In this document: in pieces, positions 1 through 13,072 of the stretch
Position numbering within the stretch: position 1 is the first letter of the stretch
Layout of the letters: each line of letters begins with the position of its first letter
Source: Paragordius varius
Lineage: Eukaryota > Animalia > Nematomorpha
Length of the DNA: 64,000 bases
Assembly (NCBI GenBank): GCA_964247055.1
Contig: OZ176055.1
Location: 1,984,001-2,048,000 of the forward strand
Reading direction: 5' to 3'
Position numbers and translations under genes: made by a program
Notes under the pieces: generated by a model
What the model was told of the DNA's origin: nothing
Database searches by the model: none
Seen by the model: the letters and a program-made list of their open reading frames with translations, nothing else

Positions 1-267
1 TATTGAGAACATATAATATTGATATTATTTATTCCTATTACTTAATAACGCAGCTTGAGTATTAAGAATATCAAACCCATAATAGTTTAATAGTTAATAC
101 CAAACTTTGGACCCATATTATTTTTTGGCTATAATATTAATTAATATATATTTGTTATAATAACCAATTTTTCTAGTTAATAGCATGTTTCGATTGTTGT
201 GTTAAAAATTATATTATTAATTTTCCATTAGATCAAAATTAATTAATTCAACTTTAAATAAAAAAGT

Positions 268-700
268 ATGAATGTTATTATTGCCAAAACTAAAAGGGAT
301 TTTATGGCTGAAAAAGAGCGAGCTTTGGAAAAGGAAAGCCACTCATCTAAACGCATGTATAAACGTTTATGGATCCGACCTATTGAGGACAAGGGATTTT
401 TGGATTCATTAATGATTCATAAAGATTGGAATGAGACGGATGGTAATGAGAACGGTGACAATTATTTAGAAACGATGGGAAACACTCATGCAGGGCGTGG
501 TCAATACCCTACCTCGCTTACAGAGGCCATACTTTATGAAGCTGAAAGTTTGATTCCCACTTATTTAAATATTAATCTTAACCTTATTTTATGGAAATTA
601 TTTATACTGTTCAGGTTTGATTTTTGATTTAAGACCATTAGAATGTTTGAGTAGACTTCGAATTGCCCATGAAATAAGATATGAGAAACAAACCATATTT
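268..700 (+). pseudogene. Possible decayed non-LTR retrotransposon (LINE) ORF2 C-terminal fragment
   Basis: 119-aa ORF ending PTYLNINLNLILWKLFILFR followed by an out-of-frame LSRLRIAH-like segment, loosely resembling the post-RT region of CR1/L2/RTE-X LINEs; no convincing splice context. Weak, memory-based similarity. Confidence 0.28.
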
Positions 701-2049
701 TCTCATACTTTTTGAGTTTTATGACCTTAAAAATTAACAATAATGTATCGATCTAAAATTTTGACATCTGAGTCATGTGACATTTAAAAATGCATGTCCT
801 AGTTGATATGGCTCTAAGTATATGTTTAGATACATGTAAAATATATCGATTTGATAGTATTTATTGAAAGAACTAATTACAGTACTGTATAATATATATA
901 ATTTGGTGTGGTATAGGTAAGATATGTTAGTGTTAGAGTATAGATAAAATTGTTTAATTTTTACAGATTGTTATGCACCCATATTGTGTCCAAGTTTATA
1001 TAAAGCAAATTACAAGACTAGATAATTTTTATTTCAAATAATTTGAATTCATAACATTGCTTGCTAAGCCTCTTACTCGTTGTCCTTGACAAAATTAAAA
1101 AAATTTAGGGTTTAATTAATAATATAATTGTTCAAAAAGTTTTACAAACTTAAAATCTTATTAACAACGGTACGCTGCACAAACGCAAAATATTAAAAGC
1201 GATTGACAATTTTGAAGATAACTGTGAAATATTCTTCTAAATCTTAAGCGTAGATATTTTAAAATATTTAGTCCCTTTAAATGAGAGAGATGCTGACGAT
1301 GGGGTCATTATTTAAAATGGATGACTGGCTATTTTAAATTATATTGAAACCATATTTCAAATATACATAAGCCCCCTGAAAACTCGCTTCACAATGCTTA
1401 TTAAAAAAATCTAACCTGCTGATTATCATTTTATTTTTCCATCTTGAAAACAAAGTTCTTGCAAGACACAACCGTTAATAGTTACGCATTTTTAAGTGGT
1501 ATAAGAAAAAACAATAAAAAAATATTTAATTTCTTAAATTCAACAGGGGGAAATTGAGAAAACTGCAAGCGACCTCAGTAATATTTATTTTTTGTCATCT
1601 TTAGTTTTATAAATAATTACAATGGATTTTAATTATTCTTGTTATACCGCCTATCAATATTGCCTTTAAAATGTGATAATTATTTAATTATTTAGGTGTA
1701 TTTAATTTAACAATACTTTATTTATCGTGTGATTGCATATTTACTTAATTTACTACTCAATTGTGACAGTTTGGTAAAAATTTAATTAAATGTTATATGA
1801 GATTTTACATTTTATCTGATCTAAAATTCGCAAAATTAACGGCCCATGAATGGTTATTTTTAGATTAAAATAATGATAACAAGTTCTATAATTTACTGTA
1901 TCAACACTATGCATAGTAGGTCCTGATTTAATATATCATTTTATATTTTATAGAGCGTTTCCTCAATTTTTTCTATATATATAAAATGAATTACAAATCA
2001 AAACAAATTTTCTAAGTTATTCTCATAAAATATATTTATTTAATTATAG

Positions 2050-5000
2050 ATGGAGATTCTCACAAACAATTTAATGTTACAATTAACAATAATAATGATT
2101 CGGCGAATGGCGATTTATCTGCAAAATATCGGAAAATTATTATAAAACTTTTACGTGAACGAATAGCATGCACAAAAGGCAAACTTAATTCAACCAATAC
2201 CACCTATGATGATAACAGTAACTCCTATGGTAAAAAAATTGACAAAGTTTGCACTTGTCAAACCAAAAGACGTATCATAGATGTTAAACCTCAAGAAAAA
2301 TCCTCCCATTGCGTTATTAAAGTTTTTTTATATCAAAAATATATCAATATAAAAATGGAAATTATATAGAAGAAACGTAAAAACTAAAAGACGATTATTT
2401 TATTACATTCATATATTTCAAAATTTTGATTTTTGTTAAATTATAACTCATCGTTTTGTGAATCTAGGTATAAAGATGATATGTTGTTAATATTTTTTCC
2501 AAATTTGAATTTAGTTTTTGAAGGTAAGAGGTGATTGTTTTAAAAAAAGACTTGTCTTTTTACTTAATTTTTGTTTTCATATATATTTTTACACGATAAT
2601 AAGGTGGAAAAGGGCGAAAAAATTGAGACTTTCAATGTGACAGCCGATAAACTCACTTTGGTGTTTGAAGAGAATGACGCTTCTCTAGCCAACGTTCAAG
2701 TGCTAGCCCGTGATAGTTGCGGTCGAATTAAATTAACGGATATCCTTGAACAAAAAAGTTTTTGAAAAAATTATTGTCTTCAGACTTTTTTTTAGATCTT
2801 TTTGGGGTATGTTTATAAAGTAAAAAGTAAAGACAAGTTTGTTAAATTAGATTTATAAATATTTTCTACAAAATCTATGGAGGTGATTACATTTAGCAGG
2901 AGCAGGGTGGAATGTTTCCAAACGAAAAACATATTCTTCATAAAGATAAAGCCGACCGATCAAAATTCTTTAAATCATTGCCTTTACTTTTCTAAATCAT
3001 TTATAAATGTAACCGATCTCTGATCGCTTTTGGTACAACACAAGGTTAATTCAAAATGTAGTGCAGGGCATAAAATATTTTTTTCAAAAATATCGATTCT
3101 CAAATCCTTAAATAATTTTTAGATAAACCAAATTCAGAATCGCAGATGCGTGGGAAAACTATGGATAAGAGCTCAGGTAATTAACAATTATTATTAATAC
3201 AATGACATTACGTGAATAGAAAAATTCGAAATTGCAATATTTAGAACTTGGAAAGATGGCCGGTACATTAAAGACAGTAGAAACAGAAAAATTACCTAAA
3301 ACTGGTATATTGAAGAAAAAATCGGAACCTCAACCAATGCTAAAAGATGATATCATTTCATTAAACGAACCCAATGAACAATCCTCAATTACGAAAGACA
3401 AAAATATGGCATCTGAAACTGATGTCACAGAAAAAAATAATGTAACTTCAACACTTGGAGACAATACAGTAGACGTGCCTAAAAAGAATGAAGAATCCTT
3501 ATCGAAAACAAAGATTGAAAAAATCCATAGAAAGGGGGAAAAACGATACGAGAAACTCAAAGTAATTGTAAAATATATTTATATCAACCAGGGTTTGAAA
3601 CGTTCACTGTTCCAGTTTTAGAAAAACATTTTGTAAATATGCTGAAACCATTTTGCAATTCAACCAATATTTGGGTATACGCGCAGCCCAAAACACCTTA
3701 ATACTCAAACCGCGGCCCGCGGGCCGCATGCGGCCCTAAGAGTACTTTAAAATTGCCCTATGACCAAATAGATACATAAATTATTATTTTTTTTAAATAC
3801 ACATAAGCGACATATTTTAATATTAATTTATTTTCTTTAAATTTAATTTGGGTAATTTTTATTTTTTACCCAATTTGAAATGTAGAAAAAATTTCCCACA
3901 TTAAAATGATTTCAAAATTTTGGTACACGTTGTTTTTGTTTCTGTATTTTATTTTATTTTCTATTTTAAAATTTTTATTGCAATCCTTTTTTGTAAAGCA
4001 AGCCTTTCACCCAAACTTACATATTCTTTTCATTGAATCAACATCATTAAATTTCGTCCTGTTTTTTATAGCATAATCAAATTATATTCCTATTTTTTGA
4101 AAAAAATTACATAATATTTAAACATAAATTAAAAGGATGACATCTAATGCTAAAATATAAATTATCCGATGAAAATCGCTCCTTTAAAAAAGAATAGGAA
4201 AAATTTTTTTTGTCGTTTTTAAAAAATTTTGTTACCTGCCTTATATGTAAGGACCACATAATTTTAAATACAATATGGAAAAACATCTCAATGTGAGCTC
4301 TTCGGATTTTGCAACGACAACATAATCAATGAGTATTTATTTTTACCAATGAATAATACCACGAAAAGAAGTAATTTCCTAAAAATAATTAGCATTTTTT
4401 TCGATAATAATGGCATATCTATGAAAAAATGGGTTTTGTGCACAGATGGGTGTCCCCCTATCATTGGAATAAACAAATTTGCAAAATATTTTGTCCGTTT
4501 ACTGCTTTATTCATCAGCAACTTGGTTTCGCGTATAAAAGATGAATCACTCAATTAAGTAATTAAAACGGTTGTGGATATAGTTAACCACATCCGTGGCA
4601 AAGAATTCAACGGCCGTAAATTAAAAAATCTTCTGAAAGATATCCACAGTGAATTTGACCATATTTGTGCACCGCTGTGCGATAGCTTAGCCTTAGCAAA
4701 GTATTAAATAGATTTTTTGTTTTAAGGCATGAAATTCTATTATGTATAAAAGATAACAGAAAGTTTGACGAGCAAATTAATAGCGACAAACAGTGGGTTT
4801 TATTAGCCTACCTTTGCATTACCGTGGTTAGCATTTAACATTTTTATCTAATGAGATGAAATTCAGAATTAAATTGCTTAAAACTTGTTGAAAATCCATG
4901 GCATATGTATACATCCAATATTAAGCAACTTGAGCATTTCGGTTTTGACTGGCGCATATCATTGAAAAATTCGTTGATCTTAAAAATGATTTCAGGGGGC

Positions 5001-6484
5001 TTATTCAAGGAGAATTGTGGGGAAGAAAGATATATAAAGTTTTGCAATATGTGCCAAATAAATGTAAGAATATAAGAAAATGTGCTCAAGTTATCTTAAC
5101 TGTTTTTCCTTCAACTTGTACTTGTGAGGCGGCATATTTAAAATTGAAGTATGCCAAGAATATATATAGAAATCGCTTCCGATGATCATATAAACGACGT
5201 ATTAAGATTGGTCTGTCATAAAGCGAAACCAAATTTGTCAAAAAAATTGGTTAATATCAAAATAAATGTTAACGAAATATTTTAATTTTTTAAATGGTGC
5301 AAAACGAGTTTTTAGCTGGATTTACATGCGATTCGCATAAAATTCATTGTTCTGATTTAGTGTATAAATATGTGCATATGTGTCAAATAGCTATGGAATA
5401 TTTGCCATTGGTTAATGGCCCTCAAAAAAATAATATATTTTATTTGGCCCGTCAAATTTTTTTGGTGAGTACCACTGCCTTAGATATTTAATTTCTTAAA
5501 TAAGATATTATATAATGGCATTTTGATCGCATTAATTAAGAATAAACCTCACGTCAAGCTTTTATCCACCAATGTTTCCTTTTGGAGTTTTTGTTAGATC
5601 GCTACAACTCCCATATAAAATAAATCTTAATAAAAATTAATATTACCTTTAATTTAATATTTTGCAAAAAAAACTTTAAAAAATTTACAGATTTAAACGT
5701 TTCAGACAAAAATATACCAAAGTTTTAGTTTTGCTTCTAAAGTATTAGAACACGATTAAACTAAATTAATTTTAATTTTCCTCAACATTTTTAACCGTCA
5801 ATTACATAATTACTTTATGTCAAAAAATTTCAATTTAATTTGCTCTTCAAAAACCAAGCTTAGGATAAAAATATATAATTTGACCGCTTATTACAGGGGT
5901 ATCCAACACAAATGGCCTCATGGGCCATATTTTAAGCTCACAAAACACGGCGAGCCTAGAGAAATACATGAGCATGTATAAATATATTTTACAATTTTCA
6001 GGATATTTTTGTTAAAAGGATTAGGAATTTAATAATTTATTTTCTTTGGCTAGTTCATTGCCGACATTTGGAAGGGCTTCATAACAAATTGGTTGAAATT
6101 TCAATTTAATTAAGATTATGTAAATGTTTTTACAAATTTGGCATTGATTTTGTTCATATTGGGTAGGACCTTTTCAAATTTTTCGCGGGCCGCGGACACC
6201 CCTAGTTTATTAAATACTTATAATGCCAACTAAAATATACTAACATTTGTTAAAAATGTGTACAGAGCTTACTATCTGAAAAAGGATCCAGAAGATCTTC
6301 CAAAAAATCAACATCCAAAAGTAGTTCAAAGCATAAATCATTGCATAAAAAATCTACTGCTGATGATGATAATAAAAATAAAGCAGTGACAAATTTAACG
6401 ACATCCAATAAAGATGCGTTAGCAAAACCTGATCATGAAAATAAAAAACGGAGGAAAAGAAAAATAATTAAATCCAAAGAATAA
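2050..6484 (+). CDS. Orphan multi-exon, Lys/Ser-rich protein (5' end unresolved)
   Basis: Phase-compatible exons 3123-3176, 3245-3561, 6266-6484 (ends KRRKRKIIKSKE-TAA); further open exon-like blocks at 2050-~2322 and ~2601-2756 and possibly 1547-1577. No family recognised. The 2.7 kb last intron holds hAT elements. Confidence 0.58.
3696..5477 (+). mobile_element. Decayed hAT (Buster/Charlie/SPIN-like) DNA transposon with transposase pseudogene
   Basis: Left end ACTCAAACCGCGGCCCGCGGGCCGCATGCGGCCC, right end GGCCCGTCAAATTTTTTTGGTGAGTACCACTG; frameshifted transposase motifs LCTDGCPPIIG, CFIHQQ, TAVR*LSLSKVLNRFFVLRHEI, FPSTCTCEAAY..KY.KN.YRNR (~4380-5220). Confidence 0.87.
5894..6204. mobile_element. 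hAT-type MITE with 8-bp target-site duplication
   Basis: Ends CAGGGGTATCC / GGACACCCCTA; flanks GCTTATTA (5886-5893) and GTTTATTA (6205-6212), a 7/8 match. Related ends at 32637-32690 and, inverted, ~39150-39197. Confidence 0.78.
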
Positions 6485-6872
6485 TTATATTTGGGATAAT
6501 ATAGAATAAAGCATGTTTAAATACGCACTATATTTGCAGTTTATTAACTTTTACCGACTAAAATTTTAGGTTTTAAAAAATAATTTTTTCATATGCCTAA
6601 TGAAAGAATTCACGAAAATCGAATATACATAAACTAATATAGGCAAATTAAAAAAAAGAGAGTTAAAAATTTTTATTTAATTTTGTGTCAGTTGATTTTG
6701 TCAAAATTTAAATAAATCTTTTTGCAAGTTATTAATATTACAAAAGTTTAACCCAATCCGTAAAATATAAGAATTTTCTCATTTTATTTTTTTATTATTT
6801 ACAACTTTATAATTCACATAATAAATGTAAAATGACAAATTTTTGCATTTTTAAAAATCAATTTTCATCAAA

Positions 6873-9053
6873 TTATTCCATATTCCCATTTAGACAGATT
6901 TCGTTGCCTGGATTAACGTGCAAAGCGGTTAATATAAAACCCCAATGACCTTCCATATTAATTTGCGGGTGAGTTCTTTCGGGTAAAACCTAATTGTGTA
7001 AATATAATTTATATAATGTTTATAAGTACTGTAAAAATTGAAATACAGAAAAAATGTGAGACAAAAATACTTTTTAAGCCTATGATTTTCCTACATGTAT
7101 ATAATTACCATTATTTTATTGAGTTATTTTAACATATATAATATTCTCGTTATTTTGCAACAGGTGATAATAAGCTGATTTAAAAAAATCAATATCCCAA
7201 AAATATTGTTTTATTTGCTTTTTTATTGTAATACTAGCATAAACTTTTTATTTAATAACGATTTTAAAAATTAAAGTACTTGATAATGGGTGAGACTAGT
7301 TTCACTAATATTCATATTAATGAATGATTTGGTTTCCTTCATAGCCAAGTAACAATCTATCAATGGCTGCAAAAATAAAATTAAATAAAAAATATATTTA
7401 TTACATTGAAACAAAATATTAAACGATTATATTAAATTAAAAAAAATATTTTCTTTAACGTTAATAATTTTATATAAAAAAAGGACAAGCAAATAATAAA
7501 GAAATTAATCTTATTTGAAAAAAGTCAAATTTAATTTCTTTAATAGAATTAGTTTCAATTTATCCTCAGATTAATACGGAATTTCAATAAAATTTATACT
7601 AAAAATATATTTTTTAAATAGAATAATCATGTATAAAACCTCGCGAAATTGTGAATAAATAACCACAGGACGCGAAAATTTGAGGAATGGAATGAGCGAT
7701 AAAACCGTATCTTGGGGTGAAAATTTTGTCGCTATAACCAGACTGTCGGCACATCGTATGGCACGTTTTGAGATAGATGGGGCATTTTTATCGGATTCTG
7801 TTTGATCGAAATTAGGGTTATTATTCAATGTATTCTCAAACATGAGTGTTTCGGCTTTTTGATTTTCCTTGCTCCTTAAAAGTTTTTCGGTGGATGCTAT
7901 TTTTAGAGTTTTATCATTGATTTGCAAATCGTGTTTTAATGTGCGACTAGCTAATTGTTTGACATTACCGTTGGGTAAAATCTTTTCAGCATTTATGTCG
8001 TTACTTTCCTTTATTTCGTTTGGAGAATTTTGAAAACCATTTTTTTCGGAATTGGGAAGGGGTAAAATGTTGCTTTTTGATTTAGTGTTGAGCATTGTGT
8101 CATCATTTTTTGCTTTTAAGAGTTTAATTACATGTTTAACATTGAGTGAACACAAGCATTCAAGATAGTTTTCAGGAAAATCAAAGTATTCTATACAAGT
8201 TCTATAGATAAATTAGGTAAATTAATTAAATAACAATAATAAAATAATATATGGGCACATGAGTAACAAAATGTAAAAAATTTTCTTCCTTACTTAAAAT
8301 TGTCGTGTAGTATTTGATTTTAATGCGTTTACCTTAACCCATTTCAAAAATATTGTGAACCTCCTTAATATATTCACGGTGTATATTAAAATGATAATAT
8401 AGAAAAATATTTTTATTCTACCTATTGGGAAAATCACCGTGGTAGAGTTGAATTATGGTACCATGAGATGTAATTTTTTCAAGCATACTTGCAACTATAA
8501 GGCCTTGACATGTTTCGAAAACTATACTTACCATTGAATCATCAGCGTGAATGTTTGAATAGCACATTATGGTAGCGAGGTCTTGTAATGAAATGTAACA
8601 CATTTTGTTTGCACATCTAGCGTTCATAGCCTCCCAAACTAAGGCTGGGGTTGGTTTAAAAAGTGTCACCTCAAGACATATTTTTAACTTTTTACGTTCT
8701 ATATACTATTATACGGAATTAAATTTACTTTATTTTTTGAAAACTCAGTTCGTTGCTCAAAGCTTAAATTGTCTTTCGCAATATCCAAACAAATGTCTCC
8801 ATAACTTTTGAGATCTACTTAGTTTTATCGCAAATATACCATAAATCTGAGAACAAGGATGAAATGTATCGTCATAATATGTATAATTGCTATCATATTC
8901 AAGACCAATAAATTTGTCTAACAAAATTTTAAAGCTTAAAATTTTTGCATATCTATAAAAATTATTATATATTTACTTTTGACGCTGAATCTTAATGCAA
9001 TAAATGAAATCTTTTCCTTTTACGACCACATATTTTCCTTCTTGGATAATCAT
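6873..9053 (-). CDS. TRMT6: tRNA (adenine-58 N1)-methyltransferase non-catalytic subunit (Gcd10/TRM6)
   Basis: Exons 9053-8977, 8952-8840, 8814-8729, 8705-8422, 8201-7640, 7366-7280, 6989-6873. Motifs MIIQEGKYVVVK, LLDKFIG, RTEFSKNKYIERKK, FETCQGL, ADSLVIATKF, SRPVVIYSQFREPL, YQVLPERTHP match the TRM6 family. Confidence 0.93.
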
Positions 9054-9302
9054 GCTTTTTATAAAATAAAATTGTTAACACATGATTTTAAAAAATTAGC
9101 AGATATCAAAAGTATCCAAAATACGTCTGCGATTTGATTAAAAAATTAAATCTCTTTTGTACTCATATTTCGTTAACATTTTCTAAATTTTTGTCATATC
9201 AAAGTATTTAGCATATAATATTTACAAAATTTAAGTTAATTATGAAACAAATGAGCAAATAAAGGGTTTAGCGTTGGAAGATCGTCGGCCACCAGCCGTT
9301 TA

Positions 9303-9675
9303 CACATGGATACAACACATTCATTTTAGTCTCTCGATTCAAATTGGGGTAGTTATTACCTCAGGCCTGTATAAAATGAATTTTTTTTAAAAAATATGGA
9401 AGGAATCAAAACCATGGCAAAATTTTGCTCTTATATAACATAAATAAACCTAAATATATAAATTTTATTTAAAAATACTTGATAATACCTTTTTTAAGCT
9501 AAAACCGAAAGGATTTAATCAAGGTGAGATGTTTGCAATACTTAAATTGAAAAATAAACCGCTTTTTCTATTTCTATCAATATCATATGTAATTTAAATA
9601 AAAAATTACCTTCAATTTGACCCTTAAAATTAAATGAAGACGATATTTTGCAATAATTTTGCATAATAAAATGGG
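9303..9675 (+). mobile_element. piggyBac-like non-autonomous element (TTAA-bounded repeat family)
   Basis: Starts CACATGGATACAACAC..TCGATTCAAATTGGGG and ends GGG-TTAA; interrupts a GC-rich module that is intact at 54807-54891; homologous copies at ~10330-10730 (inverted) and 52735-55575. Confidence 0.5.
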
Positions 9676-9719
9676 TTAAGGTATTCCCTACCCACTCTTA
9701 TTGCATTGAGCTTTAGAGC

Positions 9720-10160
9720 GCGGAAATATATAAAAAAATGTTGTTTTCGCCGTGGTATGACGCAAAAGCATTATTTGACTTTTCATAACCGAAGGTTGTC
9801 TTAACTCCACAAAGTAATGTCAAAGGCATATGTCGAGTTAAAGGAAGAGGTTATTTTAAGATCTTACCTTTAATACAAAAGGGGTCTCCATTTCCTTGTA
9901 AATGAGAGCCTTTAGGGTAGGGAGATATTAGACATTGTCAACGTTACCACTTCGTCCGATATTTCAGATGTACCTTCAACTGGGACTCTTACCCGGGATA
10001 AATAGCCATTGCGTTGCTCATATCTAAGTCTAATTCCACCACAAGAGATGCCGGAGATTGGTAAATTGCCGTACTCATGTAACACCAGCTCCAACATTGC
10101 CTCCAAAGATTTCAATATTTGGCAATTCTCGTCAGAGCCGGGTCTTTTTTTACTCGAAAT
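9720..10160 (-). pseudogene. Decayed coding-like island of unknown origin
   Basis: Higher-GC segment: ~87 open codons (LEAMLELVLHEYGNLPISGISCGG...) then, after a frameshift and one stop, ISPYPKGSHLQGNGDPFCIKGKILK*PLPLTRHMPLTLLCGVK. No family recognised. Confidence 0.3.
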
Positions 10161-10329
10161 ATTCTCGCATAAATTATGTTAAATTCATATTTTTGGATGA
10201 TAGAAAGCTATAGCGATGTTATCAATACTTCGATTCGAAGTGAGGTAAAGTATCCCAAGTCTATATTCTAGTTATAAACGCCTTGGGAGATTTTCACTTT
10301 CACTTCGATTGAAATTGGCGAAATACCCC

Positions 10330-10730
10330 ATAAAAATATAAATATGCTATATCCTAACTACACATGTCAAACTACTTCGGCGCCATTTTTATTTTGCAAT
10401 TTTGTAGTTTTAAGGGTAATATTATAGTTAATTTTCATTTAAATTACTTCCAATATTGATATAGATAGAAAGGTATATTTTGCATTATTTTTTCATTGCA
10501 TCACGTTCACTGAATTTTTACCTATGGATTTTAGCTCAAAATAAGTAATTAAATATTTTTGAATAAGTTCTCTATATATTTCTGCTTATTAATGTTATAT
10601 GAGTGCAAAATTCCATGGTTTTGATTTTTCCATATTTTTCAAAGAATTCAATTAAAACAGGCTTCGGGTAACCAACAACCCCAATTTGAATCGAATGACT
10701 AAATGAATGTGTTGTAAAGTGTTAAATTTT
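10330..10730 (-). repeat. Inverted copy of the TTAA-bounded repeat at 9303-9675
   Basis: Reverse-complement matches, e.g. CCCCAATTTGAATCGAA near 10680, CCATGGTTTTGAT near 10613, CGCCATTTTTATTTTGCA near 10380. Confidence 0.6.
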
Positions 10731-12414
10731 TGCTTCTATATTAAAATAGTTTGGGAAAAAATCCGTATTAAACTACTTCAATGCTAATTTTATTTCGACA
10801 CATTGCCGAATATGCGTCTACAAATATACCGGAATATATTATTGATTAATAATATATTATCATCCGCGGAAAAGCAAAATTAAGCAATTTAAACTTAATT
10901 AATCAGAATTATATCATCGTTAAATTAAAAGTATGTATAAAAATTGTTCATTTGAGGCAACAATGATCGCAACTAAATAGGTTTTGTGTTCCGTTTACTT
11001 ATCTTTTTATCCGTTTGTCTAAATTAACATTTTCCATATAAGAGAATTTTGTGAATTTCTGGTCTACATTATAGTTGTTTTTCATTTTTTGGTTTAAAAC
11101 CTTCTTTATGTTTAAAGTAGTTTTATTCATTCACATGTTATAATGGTTTAAAATTTTAATTATCTGAAAGTATCGTGTACGAGCTTATAATTAAATGATC
11201 TTTTTTCTATAGCTTTTTACTGAGTTTTTAAGATAAATTGTTTTATAATTTTAACACAAGTAAAAAATATGATTTAACATATACATATTTATTATTTTTG
11301 TCAGTCATATGAATGCAATTTAACAATATTTCAATTATTATAAATAAAGTTCAAATAATCCCTATAAAAAATTAATTTGTCTCAAAACAGACTTGTTACA
11401 GGGTTAGTAAGGATTGTTGGTTGATATTCCACCTTTTAAATATAATTTTGCATAAACTATATACTTAATAATTACCACTAATGTAAGTTTCCAAAATAAA
11501 ACAGTATAAATTTTTTATAAACTTATAAATTAAATGACAAAAAAAAGCAAAAATAAAATATTTTTGGGTTTATTTTGATATATAAGTTTTTTTACTGAAT
11601 AAAATATAAATGTTATGATTTTATAGTGAGTTTAGGTCGTAAAATTAAAAAAATATATTAATAAAATTTCATTAAAATTTTTTTGTCTTTTAAGTGTGTT
11701 CAATGAAAAACGCCATCTTTTGAGCTGAAATTTTATAGAAACCCTAACTATATGATTTTAGGTAATTTATATATTGAAAATATATCCTAAAATAAGAATA
11801 AATCATAATATCTCAAATTTTATCATTATTTTTTGAATTGATTTTAATTTTCACTTTTCCCCAATTTCGATTTTCTCTCAATATCTCAAAAACTAGGTAG
11901 TCAATTAATAAAATTTTTTGCGGATACGCCGGTCATAACCTATTTCATGAAAAAAAATTTTGTTTATAAAAATTAACCCCTTTTTTGCACACTGGTTATA
12001 ATATTAAATATATTGCAAAGAATAATACCTTAAACTCAATTTCAAGTCTTTGATTGGAAATTCTATGCCTTCTAAAAAAATTATTAATATTGATGAGATG
12101 ACATAAAAGCAATGATTGAGTTTATCAAAAAAACTTTTTGGTTATCTTTCCTTGACATTCATTGCCATATACAAAGTTTGAACTATTACATTTTAAAATA
12201 TATTTATTGAAAAAATCGCTCTCGCTTTGCGGGTCTGTAGCTTCTTATGTCTAATATTATTATCGGTGTAAAACATATTATTTATAGATTTATATACTCT
12301 TTCAAATGCATTTTACAAATGACCATGTATATTTTTAAAGAAAAACATTTTTTAGTAAAATTTTGATAATAGGAGGCATATTTAAAATCGAACTCTAAAA
12401 TTCCTAGGTGGAAT

Positions 12415-12574
12415 TACAGTATGAGTAAGTATGCATTGCTAGAGAATATTAGTTATTGCCAAATAGCATATTTTTTTTTCACCTTTTACTATTATTAGGC
12501 CAACAATAATTCTCTTTGCTGCATATGCTATAATAATTAACAACTTTCTACCAATATATAATCACTTATACTGT
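12415..12574. mobile_element. Palindromic MITE (family D, TACAGTATGAGTAAGT ends)
   Basis: Terminal inverted repeat TACAGTATGAGTAAGT / ACTTATACTGT; longer copy at 46609-46803. Confidence 0.6.
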
Positions 12575-13072
12575 TTTTAGGATTAGTGTTAAAGGATACT
12601 AAATATCACAAAATGCACATTAACAATTTAATCCAAACCTCTTAATTTAAGTCATCAAAATATAATTTATTTTATTATTTAATAATTTTTTAATCAATAA
12701 TAATATCCTCGTCTAATATATAATATAACATCCCGAGGCGGATATAAACGATACTACTGATTAAAACTACTTAAGAACTTAGAGTTATATGTAGAAATCA
12801 ATATCAATTCTATAAGTTTTGTTTTTCTTCATCACATTAAATAATCAGTTATACCTTTCACCTATATATATGTATCAAACAAAAATGATAAATGTATTAT
12901 AATATTAATATTTCTGTTATTACTATAAATATTTGTTTTATCTTTATTTATATTTTGCAATAAACTATTTAAAAGATTATTAAATTATTTGAATAACGGG
13001 TTGAAAAATAATGATTGAGCTTTTGCTTAATACTGGTTAGTTTTTATTTCAGACTAAACCCTGCTACCAAAT

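Noticed and set aside
3330-3560. Minus-strand ORFs at 3330-3560, 17792-17986, 35638-35871, 37857-38051, 46690-46887, 56917-57129, 57654-57836
   Set aside because: Antisense shadows of real plus-strand exons or MITE sequence; no independent coding signal.
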